A DNA stretch of 64,000 nucleotides from Mobula hypostoma (lineage: Eukaryota): positions 112,036,001 to 112,100,000 of the forward strand of contig NC_086108.1 of assembly GCF_963921235.1 (NCBI RefSeq), given 5' to 3'. The notes beneath the pieces were generated by a model. It was not told where the DNA came from, searched no databases, and saw only the letters and a program-made list of their open reading frames with translations. The stretch's first letter is position 1. The number at the start of each line of letters is the position of its first letter. Of this stretch, positions 35,098-49,520 are shown piece by piece. The position numbers were made by a program, and so were the translations under genes.

Positions 35098-38000
35098 CCT
35101 CTCTGTACAAACTCCACCAGAAATGTGACTTCTTTCCAGTAATCTGTACATGGCTGAGAATGACTCCTCTATTGTCTCTCTATCGCTCTCTCTCCCTGTA
35201 TGTGGTAACAATGAAATATTGATGCAAAATTCGTGCTATCGAATGTAACTTTGTAGGATAAGTTACTTTCTCTCATCTCTCACATCCTTGAACAATAGAC
35301 ACAACTATCGCTTCCTCTTTAATTCGTCCAACATTCAGCCCCGGAACCTGAATTCTCTTCTCTCACAGATATGGACAAAGTTCATCCCAAAACCATGATT
35401 TGTACCAAATCTCCACCTTTCACATCTTTCCACTGTAACTTGGGCAATAATGATAAAGAAAAAAAGATTAGATTTATTTGACACATGTACATCATAACAT
35501 CGAAACAACTGGTGAAATGGGCTGATTAGGTTTGACACATTTCACTGTATGTATCAATATGCAAGTAAAGCTAATCAAATGTAATCTAATTTTCAAGACT
35601 CAAGATTTAAATTTATTTGCCGAAACGTACAGTAAAACACGTCATTTGCGTGAACAACCAACAAGGGTGTGCTGCAGGCAGTCTGAAAGTTTCAGCACAT
35701 GTAAGACCAGAAGACATAGGAGTAGAATTAGGCCATTCGGCCCATCGAAACTGCTCTATTTCATCATGGCTGATCCATTTTCTCTCTCAACCACACTCTC
35801 CTGCCTTCCTCTGTAAGTCTTGACACACTTACTAATCATGAACCTATCAATCTCCATTTTAAATATTCCCAACGATCTGGCCTCCACAGCCGCCCATGGC
35901 AGATTCACCATCCTCCAGCTAAAGACATTACTCCTCAGCTCCGTTCTAAGCAGACGTCACTCTATTCTGAGGTTTTGTCCTCTGGTCCCAGACTCACCCA
36001 CTATTGGAAACATCCTCTCCACATCCACTCTACATCCACTCTATCTAGACCTTTCAATATTTGATAGGTTTCAATGAGATCCCCCTTCATTCTTCTAAAT
36101 TCCAGCGAGTACAGGCCCAGAACCATCAAATGTTCCTTATACGTTAACCCTTTCATTCCTGGAATAATTTTTGTGAACTTCCTCTGAACCCTTTCCAATG
36201 TCAGCACATCCTTTGTTAAATAAAGGGCCCAAAACATCTCACAATACACCAAATGAGGCCTCACCAGTGCTTTATAAAGTCTCGGCGTTACATTCTTCCT
36301 TTTATATTCTAGCCCTCTCGAAATGAATGCCAAGATTTCATTTGCCTTCCTCACCATCGACTCAACCTGCAAATTAACATTTAGGGAATCCTGTACAAAG
36401 ACTCCCAGGTCCCTCTGAAGCTCAGATTTTTGGATCTTCTTCACATTTAGAAAGTGGTCTACGCTCTTATTTCTTCTACCAAAGTGCTTGATCGTACACT
36501 TCCTGAAACTGTATTCCATCATTTCTTTGCCTATTTTCCTAATCTGTTTAAGTCCTTCTGCAGACTCGATGATTCCTCAACACTACCTGACTATCAACCC
36601 ATCTTCCTATCATCTCCAAATTCAGCCACAAAGCCAGTAATTCTGTCATCCAAATTATTGATATGCAACTGTAATGCCCTGGATAAGATTTCTACTGCTA
36701 TGGTGTAAGATAGTTTGTATCGGTAGTTTTCTGTGAAAGCACTGTGACATGCTGGTAAGTGTGTTTTGGCTTCGGCTAAAGATACGTTGTCCAACTTAGG
36801 AATGTGAGGCAGTCAATCAGGATTGTGGGATATGAGAGAAGGTTCTAGAGACCTGTGGGGAAGAGTTTTCTGAAGGACGGCAGTCTGGTTTGGGGTCCTT
36901 TTGGCGGGAGCTGTGAAGCGGGGCACAAAGGAAGATGTTGCAGAATGCCTTTGTAAGGAGACTCCCCATTGCAAGAAGTGCTTTGTGCAGATGAATGGCT
37001 CCAAGGAGGAAAGGCCAATACTGAGAGAGCAGTTCGTTTGAGATGGTTTTCAAGGGGAGTTTGGTATGTGGCGGATGCTTTCATGAAGACCGTGGGTCCA
37101 GCACGTGAGTAAAGGGATATACCCCGACTACTCCAGTATGAGCTCCAACGTTATGGCACATTGGACTGGTTTAACTGTAATGGGCCCTTTTAGTTTTTTT
37201 TTTGTAACTGTTCGTTAAAGTTGAAAATTTGTTTAACGTACTTTCTTTTTAATTTTATGCTAGCTGTATCATTTGTCATTTCTGGGGTTCTGATAACTGT
37301 AAATAGGCAGTATTTACACAGCATTCGCTCAGATCGAGGTTCCTTTAATCAGAACATCCCAATGTTCCTGTTTGGTTGAACTCCAAATCACACTGACCAA
37401 ATGTATTTTGAAGCCTTGGAAAAATACTCACTCAGGACAACAAATACTTTTTCAGTCTTTAATTCCTTTCTCTGTTTTAGATGCTTTAATGCAGAAAGAG
37501 GGTATCAAAATAAAAACAACAAAATGAATTTTGAAAAAACACAGTTCCTGCTGTTACAGTCTCAGTTTAATTTCGGTCTACACACTTAATGTATCAAATA
37601 GTTACGTATGCAGAATGAAAATGGTTGTTCGTCCATTGTTGACGTTGATGAGGACCTCGTCACCATAATGATGGTGTCGAGACTAGTGCGTGATTTGGAT
37701 TTAAGTGAGGGAGAGTTGCGTAGCGTCAGCCTCACTCTCTCTTCCCAGTTCCCATCTGGATCCAGTGGCAAGACAGAGTCGAGACGGCTGGAGATGGGAC
37801 TAGGCGCAGTGGATGACCAGAACACCTTCTGTGCCTTGTCGTGCTCTACACGTTCCACGACGCCTGCAGAGACCGCCTTCTTGACCGTTGGACCTACCAT
37901 AGGTCTCGTCCGCTCAATCCGCCGGAGTCTGTCTTCACATGCTGGGATAGACAACTCCCTATCACACCGAGGGTTTGAGACCCGTCGGCTACCCTCACCT

Positions 38001-41000
38001 GGTTTAGCCGGCTTGTCGAAGCCGTTGCCCGGGGTGTGGCTGCTGTCGCATGCAAACAGCTACGGGGAGCCACAGGTGAGAGCTGAGTGCCAGGTGGGGA
38101 CCAAAGGTGGACTAACCGCCCTGAAAAGGACGCGACATGTTCTCCCACCAGAGGTGCTACCCCTCCCTGACACCCCATACACCCCATGCAGAATAAAAAT
38201 AAATAAAATAAAATATACAAAACCAATATGGTGGTGGCAATTCTAAAAACAATACAAACAACATTAGAAACCCCCTTATACACAATATCAAATCTGTGAA
38301 TAAATGCATCTCACTTTAACTACTCACTTTGGCACACACGAGCTTAACTTCCAAACACATACAGGCTCAACCCTGAACCGAGTTCTCCTCGCTCACGCTA
38401 CGTGATCAGAGATTAACACATTTACCTTCAGTCATGAAACAATAAAGTAAGACAAAAATAAACTTTTACAAGATGTTGACTTGTAGTTAAATTATTCGAA
38501 AGACTAACCTACTGGGCCGATAAGGAACTTCGCACAACCAGCTATCCAGCGCCAATACTTTACTTGCAAAAATATTCCCTATGACCAGCACTGAATGTGC
38601 TTTCTAGAACATTGCAGCTCTTCTTTCTACTCCACACGTGCATAATGACGTCACCATTTTTTCATAAAGGCACAGGCAGCTATTTTAGCATTACCAGGCT
38701 GAATGCATAAGTGAACTTTAACAACAAGAAGTGATATTCAATGGTCAACTGGTTACATGCATATTGTCTATGAAAGGTGGCCTTCTCACCACTGTTAGCG
38801 AAGTTATCTAACGAGCCAAGTCTGTATCAGCCCCATGAGTCGGTTACATTGCGTAAGAAGGAACAATCCCACCAGAAACACATAAAAAAAACCAGTAATC
38901 TTTGGCAGTCAACCAGAATAGGCTCCCTTTATTTCCACTCTTTGTCTCCTGCCAGTCAGCAAATCCTCTGTCCATTCTAGTATCTTTCCTGTGATATCAT
39001 CGGCTCTTATCTTGTTAAGCAGCCTCTTGTGTGGCCTCTTGTCAAAGGCTTTCTGAAACCCAAGTACACAACCTCCACCAATTCTTCTTTGCCTATCTTG
39101 CTTATTACTTCTTCAAAGAATTCCAACAGATTTCTCAGGCAAGATTTTCCCTTCAGAAAATCATGCTGATTTTGGCTGATTTTATCATGTGCCTCCAAGT
39201 GCCCTGAGACCTCATGCTTAAAAATTGACTCCAACATCTTCCCACCTACTGACATCAGGCTAACAGGCCTATAGTTTCTTTTCTTCTGCCTCCCTAACTT
39301 CTTGAAGAGTGGAATGACAATTGCAATTTTCCAGTCCTCCAGAACTATTCCAGGATTTAGTGATTCTTGAAAGATCATTACTATTGTCTCCACAATCTCT
39401 TCAGCTGCTTCTTTCAGAACCCTGGGGTGTTGTCACTCTGCTCCAGTCCATGTGCCTAACCTTCAGATCTTTCAGCTTCCCAAGCACTTTCTCCCTCGTA
39501 ATGGTGACTTCACACACTTCTGCCCTCAACACTCTTGAAGGTTCCGCAGTGAAGACTAATGCAGGATACTTATTCAATTCGCCTGACATTTCCTGGTTCC
39601 AAATTAATACCTCTCCTGCATCTTTTTCCAGTGGTTCAATATCTACATTCGCCATTCTTTTTCTCTTTGTACATATGCAAAATCGGTAAGCTTACCTTCA
39701 TATGTCATCTTTTCCCTGCTTATGGCATTGAGTTGCTTTCTGTTGGCTTTTAAAAGCTTCCCAATTCTCTCACTTCCCACTAATTTTTGCTGGATTACAT
39801 GCCTTCTTTTTTTTGCTTTTATGTTGCCTTTGATTTCCCTTGTTGCATCATTCTGTCTTTAGAAAACTCCTTCTTTGGGATGTATCTATCCTGTGCCTTC
39901 CAAATTGCTCCCAGAAATATCAGCCATTCATGTTCTGCCATCATCCCTGCTTAGTGTCTTCTTCGAATCAACATTGGCCAGCTCCACTCTCATGCCCCCA
40001 TAAACCCCTTTTCCTCACTGTAATACTGATACATTTGACTTTAGCTCCTCTCTCTCAAATTGCAGATTTAATTGTATCATATAGTAAACACTGACTCCTA
40101 AGCGTTCCTTTACCTTAAGCTCTCTAATCAAATCTGCTCATTACACAACACCCAAACCATAATAGCCTTTCCCTATTGAACTCTGTCAAGGCCTAGACAG
40201 AGTAGATGTGGAAATGATTTTTCCCACAGTGGGAGAGTCTAGGACAAGAGAACACAGCTTCAGGATAGAGGGGCGCCCTTTCAAAACAGAAATTTGGAGA
40301 AATTTCTTTAGCCAAAGGGTGGTGAATTTATGGAATCTGTTGCCACATGCAGCTGTTGGAGGCCCAGTTGTTGTGTGTATTTAAGGCAGAGAATGATAGG
40401 TTCTTGATTGGACATGGCATCAAAGATTACGGGGAGAAGGCCCAGAACTGGGGTTGAGGAGGAGATAGCAAAAAGGCTCTGCCATGATTGAATATATATA
40501 CAGCTTAACTCATTTCACCACGCTGTTGTGCCTTTTTCACCACGTGAGGTTCTGGGTGATGTGGATGCCAAGGAACTTAAAGCTATTTACCCTCACAACC
40601 CCAGATCCACAGATGTTAATAGGGGTTAGCCCATCTTCATTCCTTCTGTAATCCACTACCAGCTCCTTTGTTTTTATAACATTGAGGGAGAGGTTGTTTT
40701 CTTGACACCACTGTGTCAGAGAGATGACTTGTAAAAGCACAGACCGATGTTGTCTGTTTTGCAGCCATGGTCATCTTTATGTTGAGAGCCTTGCTGACGA
40801 GTTTATTAACCATAACCATATAACAATTACATCACGGAAACAGGCCATCTCGGCCCTTCTAGTCCGTGCCAAACTCCTATTCTCACTTAGTCCCACCGAT
40901 CTGCCCTCAGCCCATAACCCTCCATTCCTTTCCTGTCCATAGATCTGTCCAATTTAACTTTAAACGACAATATCGAACCTGCCTCAACCACTTCTGCTGG

Positions 41001-42300
41001 AAGCTCGTTCCACACAGCTACCACTCTCTGAGTAAAGAAGTTCCCCCTCATGTTACCCCGAAACTTTGCCCTTTAACTCTCAACTTATGTCCTCTTGTTT
41101 GAATCTCCCCCACTCTCAATGGAAAAGCCTATCTACGTCAACTCTATCTATCCACCTCATAATTTTAAATACCTCTATCAAATCCCCCCTCAACCTTCTA
41201 CGCTCCAAAGAATAAAGACCTAACTTGTTGAACCTTTCTCTGTAACTTAGGAGATGAAACCCAGGCAACATTTTAGTAAATCTCCTCTGAACTCTCTCAA
41301 TTTTATTGACATCTTTCTTATTGAGGTAGAGAAAGGAGGAGGAATGATGCATTGCTGCCTAGCTGAGTGTAGACTATCAGCCATTTTAGCATGATCCCCA
41401 TAGTCCATCATGGGTGATTAGTGAGGGCTAAGCAAACTTGATCAGGGATTCACTGCATGAAGGTTCTTTAACAATAAAACAAGGATGGTGATTTCCCAGG
41501 AGAGACAGCAGGGTGTCCATTAGCTCTGAAGGCCTAACATCACCGAGACTGGGCAAGGACAGCAAATGTTTGGCATGCTCAGACTCCAAAGGTCTGTGAA
41601 AGGTAAATTTTCAGCGATTGGCATTTATTGTGTTCAGGCGGGTGTTCAAGCAGACTCACTACCCTCGCAGCCGTGGAGATTCTGAGTGATACTACCACAT
41701 AGTAAATAAAACTTGGTGTCATCGGCAGTGATTTCTCACAGTGCGAATTGGGCCTCTGCTTGTACAAACCAACCAAAAGATTTTGCTCCAGAACTCCAGC
41801 AGTTTCAATGTGACTGCATTGGCCAACATGTACAATAACTCTGGAATCGTGCTAGAGCATCGGGGTCACCAGTGTAGGATTTTGCAAATGAAATGAAGTG
41901 AGGCATTTTATATTTAACAAAATCCATAACACGTTTTATTGAACTTCAAAACGTACACACAAAAGTGTGTTAAAACTCTACGTAATAACGTCATCACGTC
42001 AGAGCAGCCTCTTAAAGTGAACCCCCAGCTCAAGGTTGGTGGTTGTGAATGATGCGTCTCTTTCTATTGTACGGCTGCATTTGAATTTAATGAATAAAAT
42101 GTTTGAATTGTTTTCTACATTTATATTTATTTTACTATTATTACAAATGAGCTCAATTTTGTTACACTCAGAAAATGCTGGAGGAACTCAGTAGGTCAGG
42201 CAGCATCTATGGAGAGGAATAAACAGTCGATGTTTCAGACCGAGACCCTTCATCAGGACTGGAAAGGAAGGGGGAAGAAGCCGGAATAAGAAGCTGGAGG

Positions 42301-42840
42301 GAGGGGGAGGAGTACAGACTGGCAGGTGATAGGTGAGACCAGGTGAGGGGGAGGGTGGGTGGGTAGGGAGGGAGGGGGAGGAGTACAGACTGGCAGGTGA
42401 TAGGTGAGAGCAGGTGAGGGGGTCGGGGAGGGTGGGGAGGGAGAGGGAGGAGTACAGACTGGCAGGTGTTAGGTGAGACCAGGTGAGGGGGAAGATGGTT
42501 GGGTGGGGAGGGAGAGGGAGGAGTACAGACTGGCAGGTGATAGGTGAGACCAGGTGAGGGGGAGGATGGGTGGGTGGGGAGGGAGGGGGAGGAGTACAGA
42601 CTGGGAGGTGATAGGTGAGACCAGGTGAGGGAGAGGAGTACAGACTCGCAGGTGATAGGTGAGACCAGGTGAGGGGGAGTGGGGAGGGTGTGGAGGGAGA
42701 GGGGGAGTATAGACTGGCAGGTGTTAGGTGAGGCCAGGCAAGGGGGAGGATGGGTGGGTGGGGAGGGAGGGGGAGGAGTACAGACTGGCAGGTGATAGGT
42801 GAGACCAGGTGAGGGGGAGGATGGGTGGGTGGGGAGGGAG
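42301..42840. repeat. G-rich ~71-bp minisatellite, about 8 copies (paralog of 15781-16290)
   Basis: Same unit, with a different copy number and one shortened unit. Confidence 0.9.
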
Positions 42841-43128
42841 GATGAACTGAGAAGATGGAAGTTGATAGGTGGAAAACATGAAGGAGGAATCTGGAGATGA
42901 ACATGGACCATGAGAGAAGGGGAGGGGAGAAGGGGGATGAGGGGGGACACAGAGGGAGGTGGGCACATGAAGAAATGAAAAGGGGTAGGAGGGGAGCTGG
43001 ACTGGGGAATTGAAGAAGATTGGGGAGAGGGTGAGAAATTATCAGATGCTAGAGATATTGAAGCTCATCTTGCAATACTAATTGATGAGCTGATACAGAG
43101 ATGAAATGGTTCACACTCAGTAATCGCA

Positions 43129-43314
43129 CTAGGGAGGACACACTGCGTTCCACATCTCCGCAGCCTGCATTCTTGCTCTGGCATCACCAGTGTAGTTGAT
43201 GTCGTTTGCAGTCCACACACTGACACCACGGAGGTTCAGTTTCAGCACGATAGACACCCTCATAGAAATGCTCTCGGGATCATCGTACCAGACCTCGTGG
43301 TACGTGTTACCAAC
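43129..43314 (-). pseudogene. CTBS: Second CTBS-like exon 7 with premature stop; upstream exons not found in the window
   Basis: Intact acceptor. TGG>TAG removes the terminal WCDY, and GVGVW is changed to GVSVW. No exon 2-6 homologs recognised in 43315-64000. Confidence 0.65.
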
Positions 43315-45249
43315 CTGCAAATGAGCAAAGGGGAAATGCACAGATTGGGAGAACACCAGGCTGAAATTGTTAGATGGAGTAATTTGGGTGGCACGTTAGT
43401 GCTGGAAAGGGAGGATCTGTATCACGATTCTCGTGAATAGGTTCATTTCTGACCTCTGGTACTGTCTGTGTGTGTGGGGGGGGGGATATTCTCTGTCACC
43501 TCTGGCACTGTCTGTGTGTGGGGGGGGTATATTCTCTGTCCTCTGGCACTGTCTGTGTGTGGGGGTGGGTATATTCTCTGTCCTCTGGTACTGTATGTGC
43601 AGGGGTAGTAGTGTGTGTGTGTTTGGGTGGGGTCTATATTCACTCTGTCCTTGTCCATTTCCCCAAGGTGCTTCAGTTTTTTTCCCACATCATAAAGAGC
43701 CCACGGGAGGTTTCTTTACTTTTCCTTGTCACATTATTCTTGGCAGTGATCTGTTCCCATTGCTTCCCCCCAGACATCTTTCCACGAGGCCATCTGTTAA
43801 CTTCTTTTGAAACAAGAAAGCCCAGCTATTGCCCATCGTTCTTCGTCTCATTAGAATTATCAAGGTCGGGAAAGATATGTGATCGTGGCAGCATCAACGT
43901 CAGGAATTTCAGATCGTTTGGAGAAACTGGTTAAACAGTTCTCTCCCAACCAACCACACCCCGCCCACCTCAATTCCCCGGCTCTTCCGACATCTCAGTG
44001 GCACAACCATCCTGATAAACCACATCTGAGTTTACATTTATTGTGGAAGGAATGAAAGGAGAATTGATGGGTTTTTGAGAAGAACAACCTTCAGAATGGA
44101 GAGGCACAGGGAGGGGGGAGGGGGGAGGGGACAAGTTGGATTGTCCCCCTGTAAACTCTCTTGGACTCAAGGAGCCAACTGGCCACTTTCTGAGTTGGGA
44201 CCGTAATGTATAGGAGCAGAATAGGCTCTGTGACCTGCTACGCCATTCTATCCTGGGTAATATATTATCCCTCTCAACCCCATTTAAAATCCAAAAGTTC
44301 AGAGAAAGCTTTATTATCAAAGTATGTATATGTCAGCAAATACTATCCTTGGACTGATTTTCTTGCAGGCACTTACAACAGAATAAAGAAATACAATATA
44401 ATCAATGAAACATGACTGACAAATCCTGACAAACTGTGGAAAAACAAAACAAAATAAATATTAAGTAAATAAATACATAAATATGACTGAGAACTTGAGT
44501 TGTAGAGCCCTTGAAAGTGCATTCTCCGAACCTCTCCCGATACTCTTTCATTCCCAAATTCCTTCTCGTGAACCTCCTCTGGACCCTGTTCAATGTCAGC
44601 ATATCTTTTCTTAGATAAGGGGCACAAAACTGCTCACAATGCTCCAAGCACAGTTACATCAGTGCCTTATGAAGCCTCAGCATTACGTCTTGCTTACATT
44701 GCATTTGCCTTCCTTACCACTGACTCGACCTGCAAATTAACCTTTCGGGAACCTGTATGAGAAATGCAGTCCCTTTGCATGTCTGATTTCTGAATTTGCT
44801 CCCCATTTACAAAATAGTCCATGCTTTACTTTCTAACAAAGTGCGTGACTGTGCATTTCCCGACACTGTATTCCATCTGCCACTTATTTGCCCATTCTCC
44901 TAATCTGTCAAAGTGCTCCTTCAGACTCCATGCTTCCTCAACGATACCCACCCATCCACCTAACCTTTGTATCATCCACAAACTTGTCCACAAAGCCATC
45001 AATTCCATCATCCAGATCACTGACATATAACATGAAATGAGGAGATCCCAACACGGACCCGTGGAATGCCACTAGTCACTGGCCGCCAACCAGAGAAGTG
45101 TTGTTAAGTGTAGAATGAGGAAGGCAGGGATAACCTCTTTTAAACTGAGCAAATTATGAACACTTTGAGTTAAATGACTTGAGGTTTAAAAGACCAATGC
45201 ACAGAATGCTGGGCCTACTTATTTGTTCCAAGGCAGTGATCGGTCAGGG

Positions 45250-48200
45250 ATGAGATATTTGGGAAGCTGTTGAACAAAGAAGGCTCATTCCAACAGCCCA
45301 ATTAGTGGCAGGAGCAGGCCACAGCAACGAGGTTTCTCTCAAGTTCAAGACACCTGTCTGAAAGTACAAAAGGGACAGGCGGGTTGGCCATTGTTGGGAG
45401 TAGGCCTGTGGTGAGAGTAGGAGTGTCAGGCTTTGGGTCAAAGGAGGCTTCAGCTCGAAAAAGGCGTTGGCTCTGAGTAAGCTTCTGTTAAGGTTCCTTT
45501 TTCTCTCTCTTGCTGTACTGAGTGTAGTAAATGGCTGCTGTGTGTTCTTCATGCTGGATGTTGGAGTCCTGGGAGACCCAGAGTCTCCCAAGGAGCAACA
45601 TCTGTGTCAGGTGCATCCGGCAGCAGCTTCTTGAAGACCGTTAAGGATCTGGAGGAGCAGCTGGATGACCTTCGGCTTGCACGGGAGAGTGAGGAGATAA
45701 TCGATCAGAGTTACAGGGACGTATTTACAGAACTCAAAAGTGTTATATCTCAATGCTTGGAGTATAAGAAATAAGGTGGATGATCTTGTTGCACTTTTAC
45801 AGATGGTCAGGTATGATGTTGTGGCCATCACTGAATCGTGGCTGAAGGATGGTTGTAGTTGGGAGTTGAATGTTCAAGGTTACATATTGTATCAGAGGGA
45901 TAGCAAGGTAGACAGAGGGGTGGTGTGGCTCTGCTGGTAAAGAATGGCATCAAATCAGTAGAAAGATGTGACATAGGATCAGAAGGTGTTCCGTCGTTAG
46001 CGGTTGAGTTAAGACACTGCAAGGGTAAAAGGACCCTGATGGCATTTACATAGAGGCCTCCCAAGAGTAGCTGGGATGTGGACCCCTAACTAAGGGAAAT
46101 AGAAAAGCGGTATCAAAAGGGGAATGTTATGATAGTCATGGGAGATTACAACATGCAGTTCAATTAGAAAAATTAAGTTGGTAATGGATCTCAAGAGAGT
46201 GAGTTTGCTGAATCCCAATGAAATGGCTTTTTAGAGCAGTTTGTTGTTGAGCCCACTAGGAGATCAGCTATACTGGATTGGGTGTTATGTAATGAACCAG
46301 AGGCGATACGAGAGTTTAAGGTAAAAGAACCCTTAGGAACCAGTGATCCCTTAGGACGCTTAGGAAGGTGCAGGATAGATGCATTTCAAAAACAAAGAAA
46401 TACTCAAATTGCAAAATAGTACAACCGTGAATGACAAGGGAAGTAAAGACTAATGTAAAAGCAAAAGAGAGGGCACACAACAAAACAAAAAGTAGAGGGA
46501 AGATAAAGGATTGGGAAATTTTTTAAAAACCTACAAAGAATAACTGAAAGAATCATTAGGAGGGAAAACGTGAAATATGGAAGCAAGCTAGCAAATAATA
46601 TCAAAGTGGATAGTAAAGTGTTTTCAAGTGTGTATAAAAAGAAAAGAGAGATTAGAGTGGATGTAGGACTACTAGAAAATGAGGCCAGAGAAACAATAAC
46701 AGGGACAAGGAGATGGCAGATGAACTAAGTGAGTATTTGACATCAGTCTTCATTATGGAAGACACTAGCAGTATGCATTAAGGAAGAAAAGCAAGTGCAG
46801 TTACTATTACAAGGGAGAAGGTGCTCAAAAAGCTGAAAGACCTAAGGGTACATAAGTCACCAGGGCCAGATGAACTGCACCATAGGGTGCTGAAAGAGGT
46901 AGCGGTCGAGTTTGTGGAGGTATTAATAATGATCTTACAAAATTCATTGGACTCTGGCATGGTGCCAGAGGACTGGAAAATTGCAAATGTCATTCCACTC
47001 TTTAAGAAAGGATGAAGGCAGCAGAAAGGAAATTATAGACCAGTTAGCCTGACCTCAGTGGTTGGGAAGATGATGGAATCAATTGTTAAAGATGAAGTTA
47101 TGGAATACTTGGAGACACTGTACAAGATAGGACTAAGTCAGCATGGGTTCCTTCAGGGAAAATCTTGCCTGATGAACCTGTTGTAATTCTTTAAGGAGAT
47201 TACATTTAGGATAGATAAAGGGGATGCAGTGGATGTTGTATATTGGGACTTTTAGAAGGTGTTTGACAAGGTGACACACATGAGGCTGCTTACCAAGTTA
47301 AGAGTCCATGGCATTACAGGGAAGTAACTGGCATGGTTAGAGCATTGGCTGATTGGTAGGAGGCAGTGAGTGGGAATAACAGGAATCTTTTTTTGGCTGC
47401 CAGTGACTCGTGGTGTCCTGCAGGAGTCGGTGTTGGAACCACTTCTTTTTATGTTGTATATCAATGATTTAGATGCTGGAATAGATGGCTCTGTTCCTAA
47501 GTTTGGAGATGATACGAAGATTAGTGGAGGGGCGGGTAGTGTTGAGGAAACTGGTAGGCTGCAGAAGGACTTGAACAGATTAGGAGAATGGGCAAGAGGG
47601 TGGCAAGTGAAATACAATGTTGGAAAATGCATGGTCATGCACTTTGGTAGTAGAAATAAATGAGAAGACTATTTTGTAAATGGGGAGAGAATCCAAAAAT
47701 CTGAGATGCAAAAGGACTTGGGAGTCCCTGTGCACGACACCCTAAAGGTTAACTTGAGGTAGAGTCGGTGGTGAGGAAAGCAAATGCCGTGTTAGCCTTC
47801 ATTTCAAGAGGTCTTGAATACAAGAGATGGGATGTGATGCTGAGGCTTTATATGGCACTGGTGAGGCCTCACTTGAATATTGTGAACAGTTTTGGGCTCC
47901 TCATCTGAGAAAAGATGTGCTGGCAGTAGAGAGGGTTAAGAGAAGATTCACAAGGATGATTCTGGGAATGAAAGGATTATCATACGAGGGACGTTTGATA
48001 GCTTTGGGAATGTATTCACTGGGATTTAGAAGGATGAGGGGGATCTCATTGAAACCGTTCAAGTACTGACAGGCCTAGACAGAGTAGATGTGGAAAGGAT
48101 GTTCCTCATGGTGGGGGAGTCTAGGAAACGAGAGCACAGCCTCAGATCCATTTAAAACAGAATGCAGAAATTTTTCTTTAGCCTGAGGGTGGTGAATTTG

Positions 48201-48415
48201 TGGAAATTATTACCACAGGCAACTGTGGAGGCCAGGCCATTGGGTGTATTTAAGGCAGAGATGGATAGATTCTTGATTGAACAAGGCATCAAAGGTTACA
48301 GACAGAAGGCTGGAGAGTGGGGCTGACAAGTGAGGAAAAGGATCAGCCATGATAGAATAGCAGAGCAGATTTGATGGGCCAAGTGGCCTATTTCTGCTCC
48401 TAGGTCTTTGGTCTA
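45250..48415 (+). mobile_element. Long degenerate CR1 LINE (ORF1 remnant, EN, RT, 3' UTR)
   Basis: LYLNAWSIRNKVDDL..AITESWL, KSPGPDELH, WKIANVIPLFKKG and KFGDDTKI, with many stops. Confidence 0.88.
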
Positions 48416-48499
48416 ATGGACATTTCAGACCCAAACCCTTTATCAGGACTGGGTCTCAATGCTGGAGGGACTCAGCATCCCAGTCCATCCTGTCTCCTG

Positions 48500-49520
48500 C
48501 AAAAATGCTATTCCCTTTTCTCAGTTTGTTTCTCTCTCCCATATCTGTTCCCAGAAGGTGGCTTTCCCTTCCAGAACATCAGAGGTGTCCTCCTCCATCA
48601 AAGAACGGGCTTTTCCTTCCTCCACCATTGATGCTGCCCTCACCCACATCTCCTCCATTTCCCTAACATGTGAGCTCACCCCATCTTCCTTTCTCCTTAA
48701 CAGTGATAGGGTTCCTCTTGTCCACCCCATGAATCTCTGTATCTAAACATCATTCTCTGGAACACTCTCTAAAGAGATCCTACCGTAAAATACATCTACC
48801 CCACCCCTTCCGCCTTCCACAGGAATCACTCCCTCCATGATTTCCTTGTCCGTTCATTCCTTTCCATTAATCACCCTCCCGACACTTATCCCTGCAAGTG
48901 CTACACCTGCCCAGTCACCTCCTCCCTCATCTCCACTCAGAGGCCCAAACAGTCCTTCCAGGTGAGGCAACACTTCACCTGCAAATCTGCTGGGGTCGTC
49001 TATTGTACCCAGTGCTCCCGATCCAGCCTGCTCTACATTGGTGAGACCCATGGTAAATTGGGCAACTGCTTCATCGAGTACCTCTGCTCCATCTGCCAAA
49101 AGAAGAACCTCCCAGTGGCTGACCATTTTAATTCCCATTCCCTCTCCCATTCTGACATGTTAGTCAATGGCCTCCTCTTGAGCCACAATGAGGCCACCCT
49201 CAGGGTGGAAGAGCAACAACTTATATCCCATCTGGGCAGCCTCCAATCTGATGGCAAGGATATCACTTTCTCCCTCCCCTCTTCTTCGATTCCCCACTCT
49301 GGCCTCTTACCTCTCCTCAACTGCATACCACCTCTCCCCTGTGTCATCCTGCTTCCCTTTCTTTCATGGCCCTCACTCCTCTCCAATCAGATTCCTTCCT
49401 GTTCAGCCCTTCCACACTTGGCATCACCTACCACCTTCTAGCTATCCCCCTTACCCTCTCCCCACCTGTTAATTCAGCTGTCTTCCCCTTCCTTTCCAGT
49501 CCACAAGAAGGGATATGGAA
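48500..49520 (+). mobile_element. Penelope-like element fragment with GIY-YIG endonuclease
   Basis: RQHFTCKSAGVVYCTQCSRSSLLYIGETHGKLG..VADHFNS..E.QLI.HLGSLQ.DG. Confidence 0.85.

Larger units (their letters stand above)
35694..43913 (+). repeat. Segmental duplication arm B
   Basis: 35694-37608 matches 4033-5950, and 37533-43913 matches 11051-17230. Confidence 0.95.
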
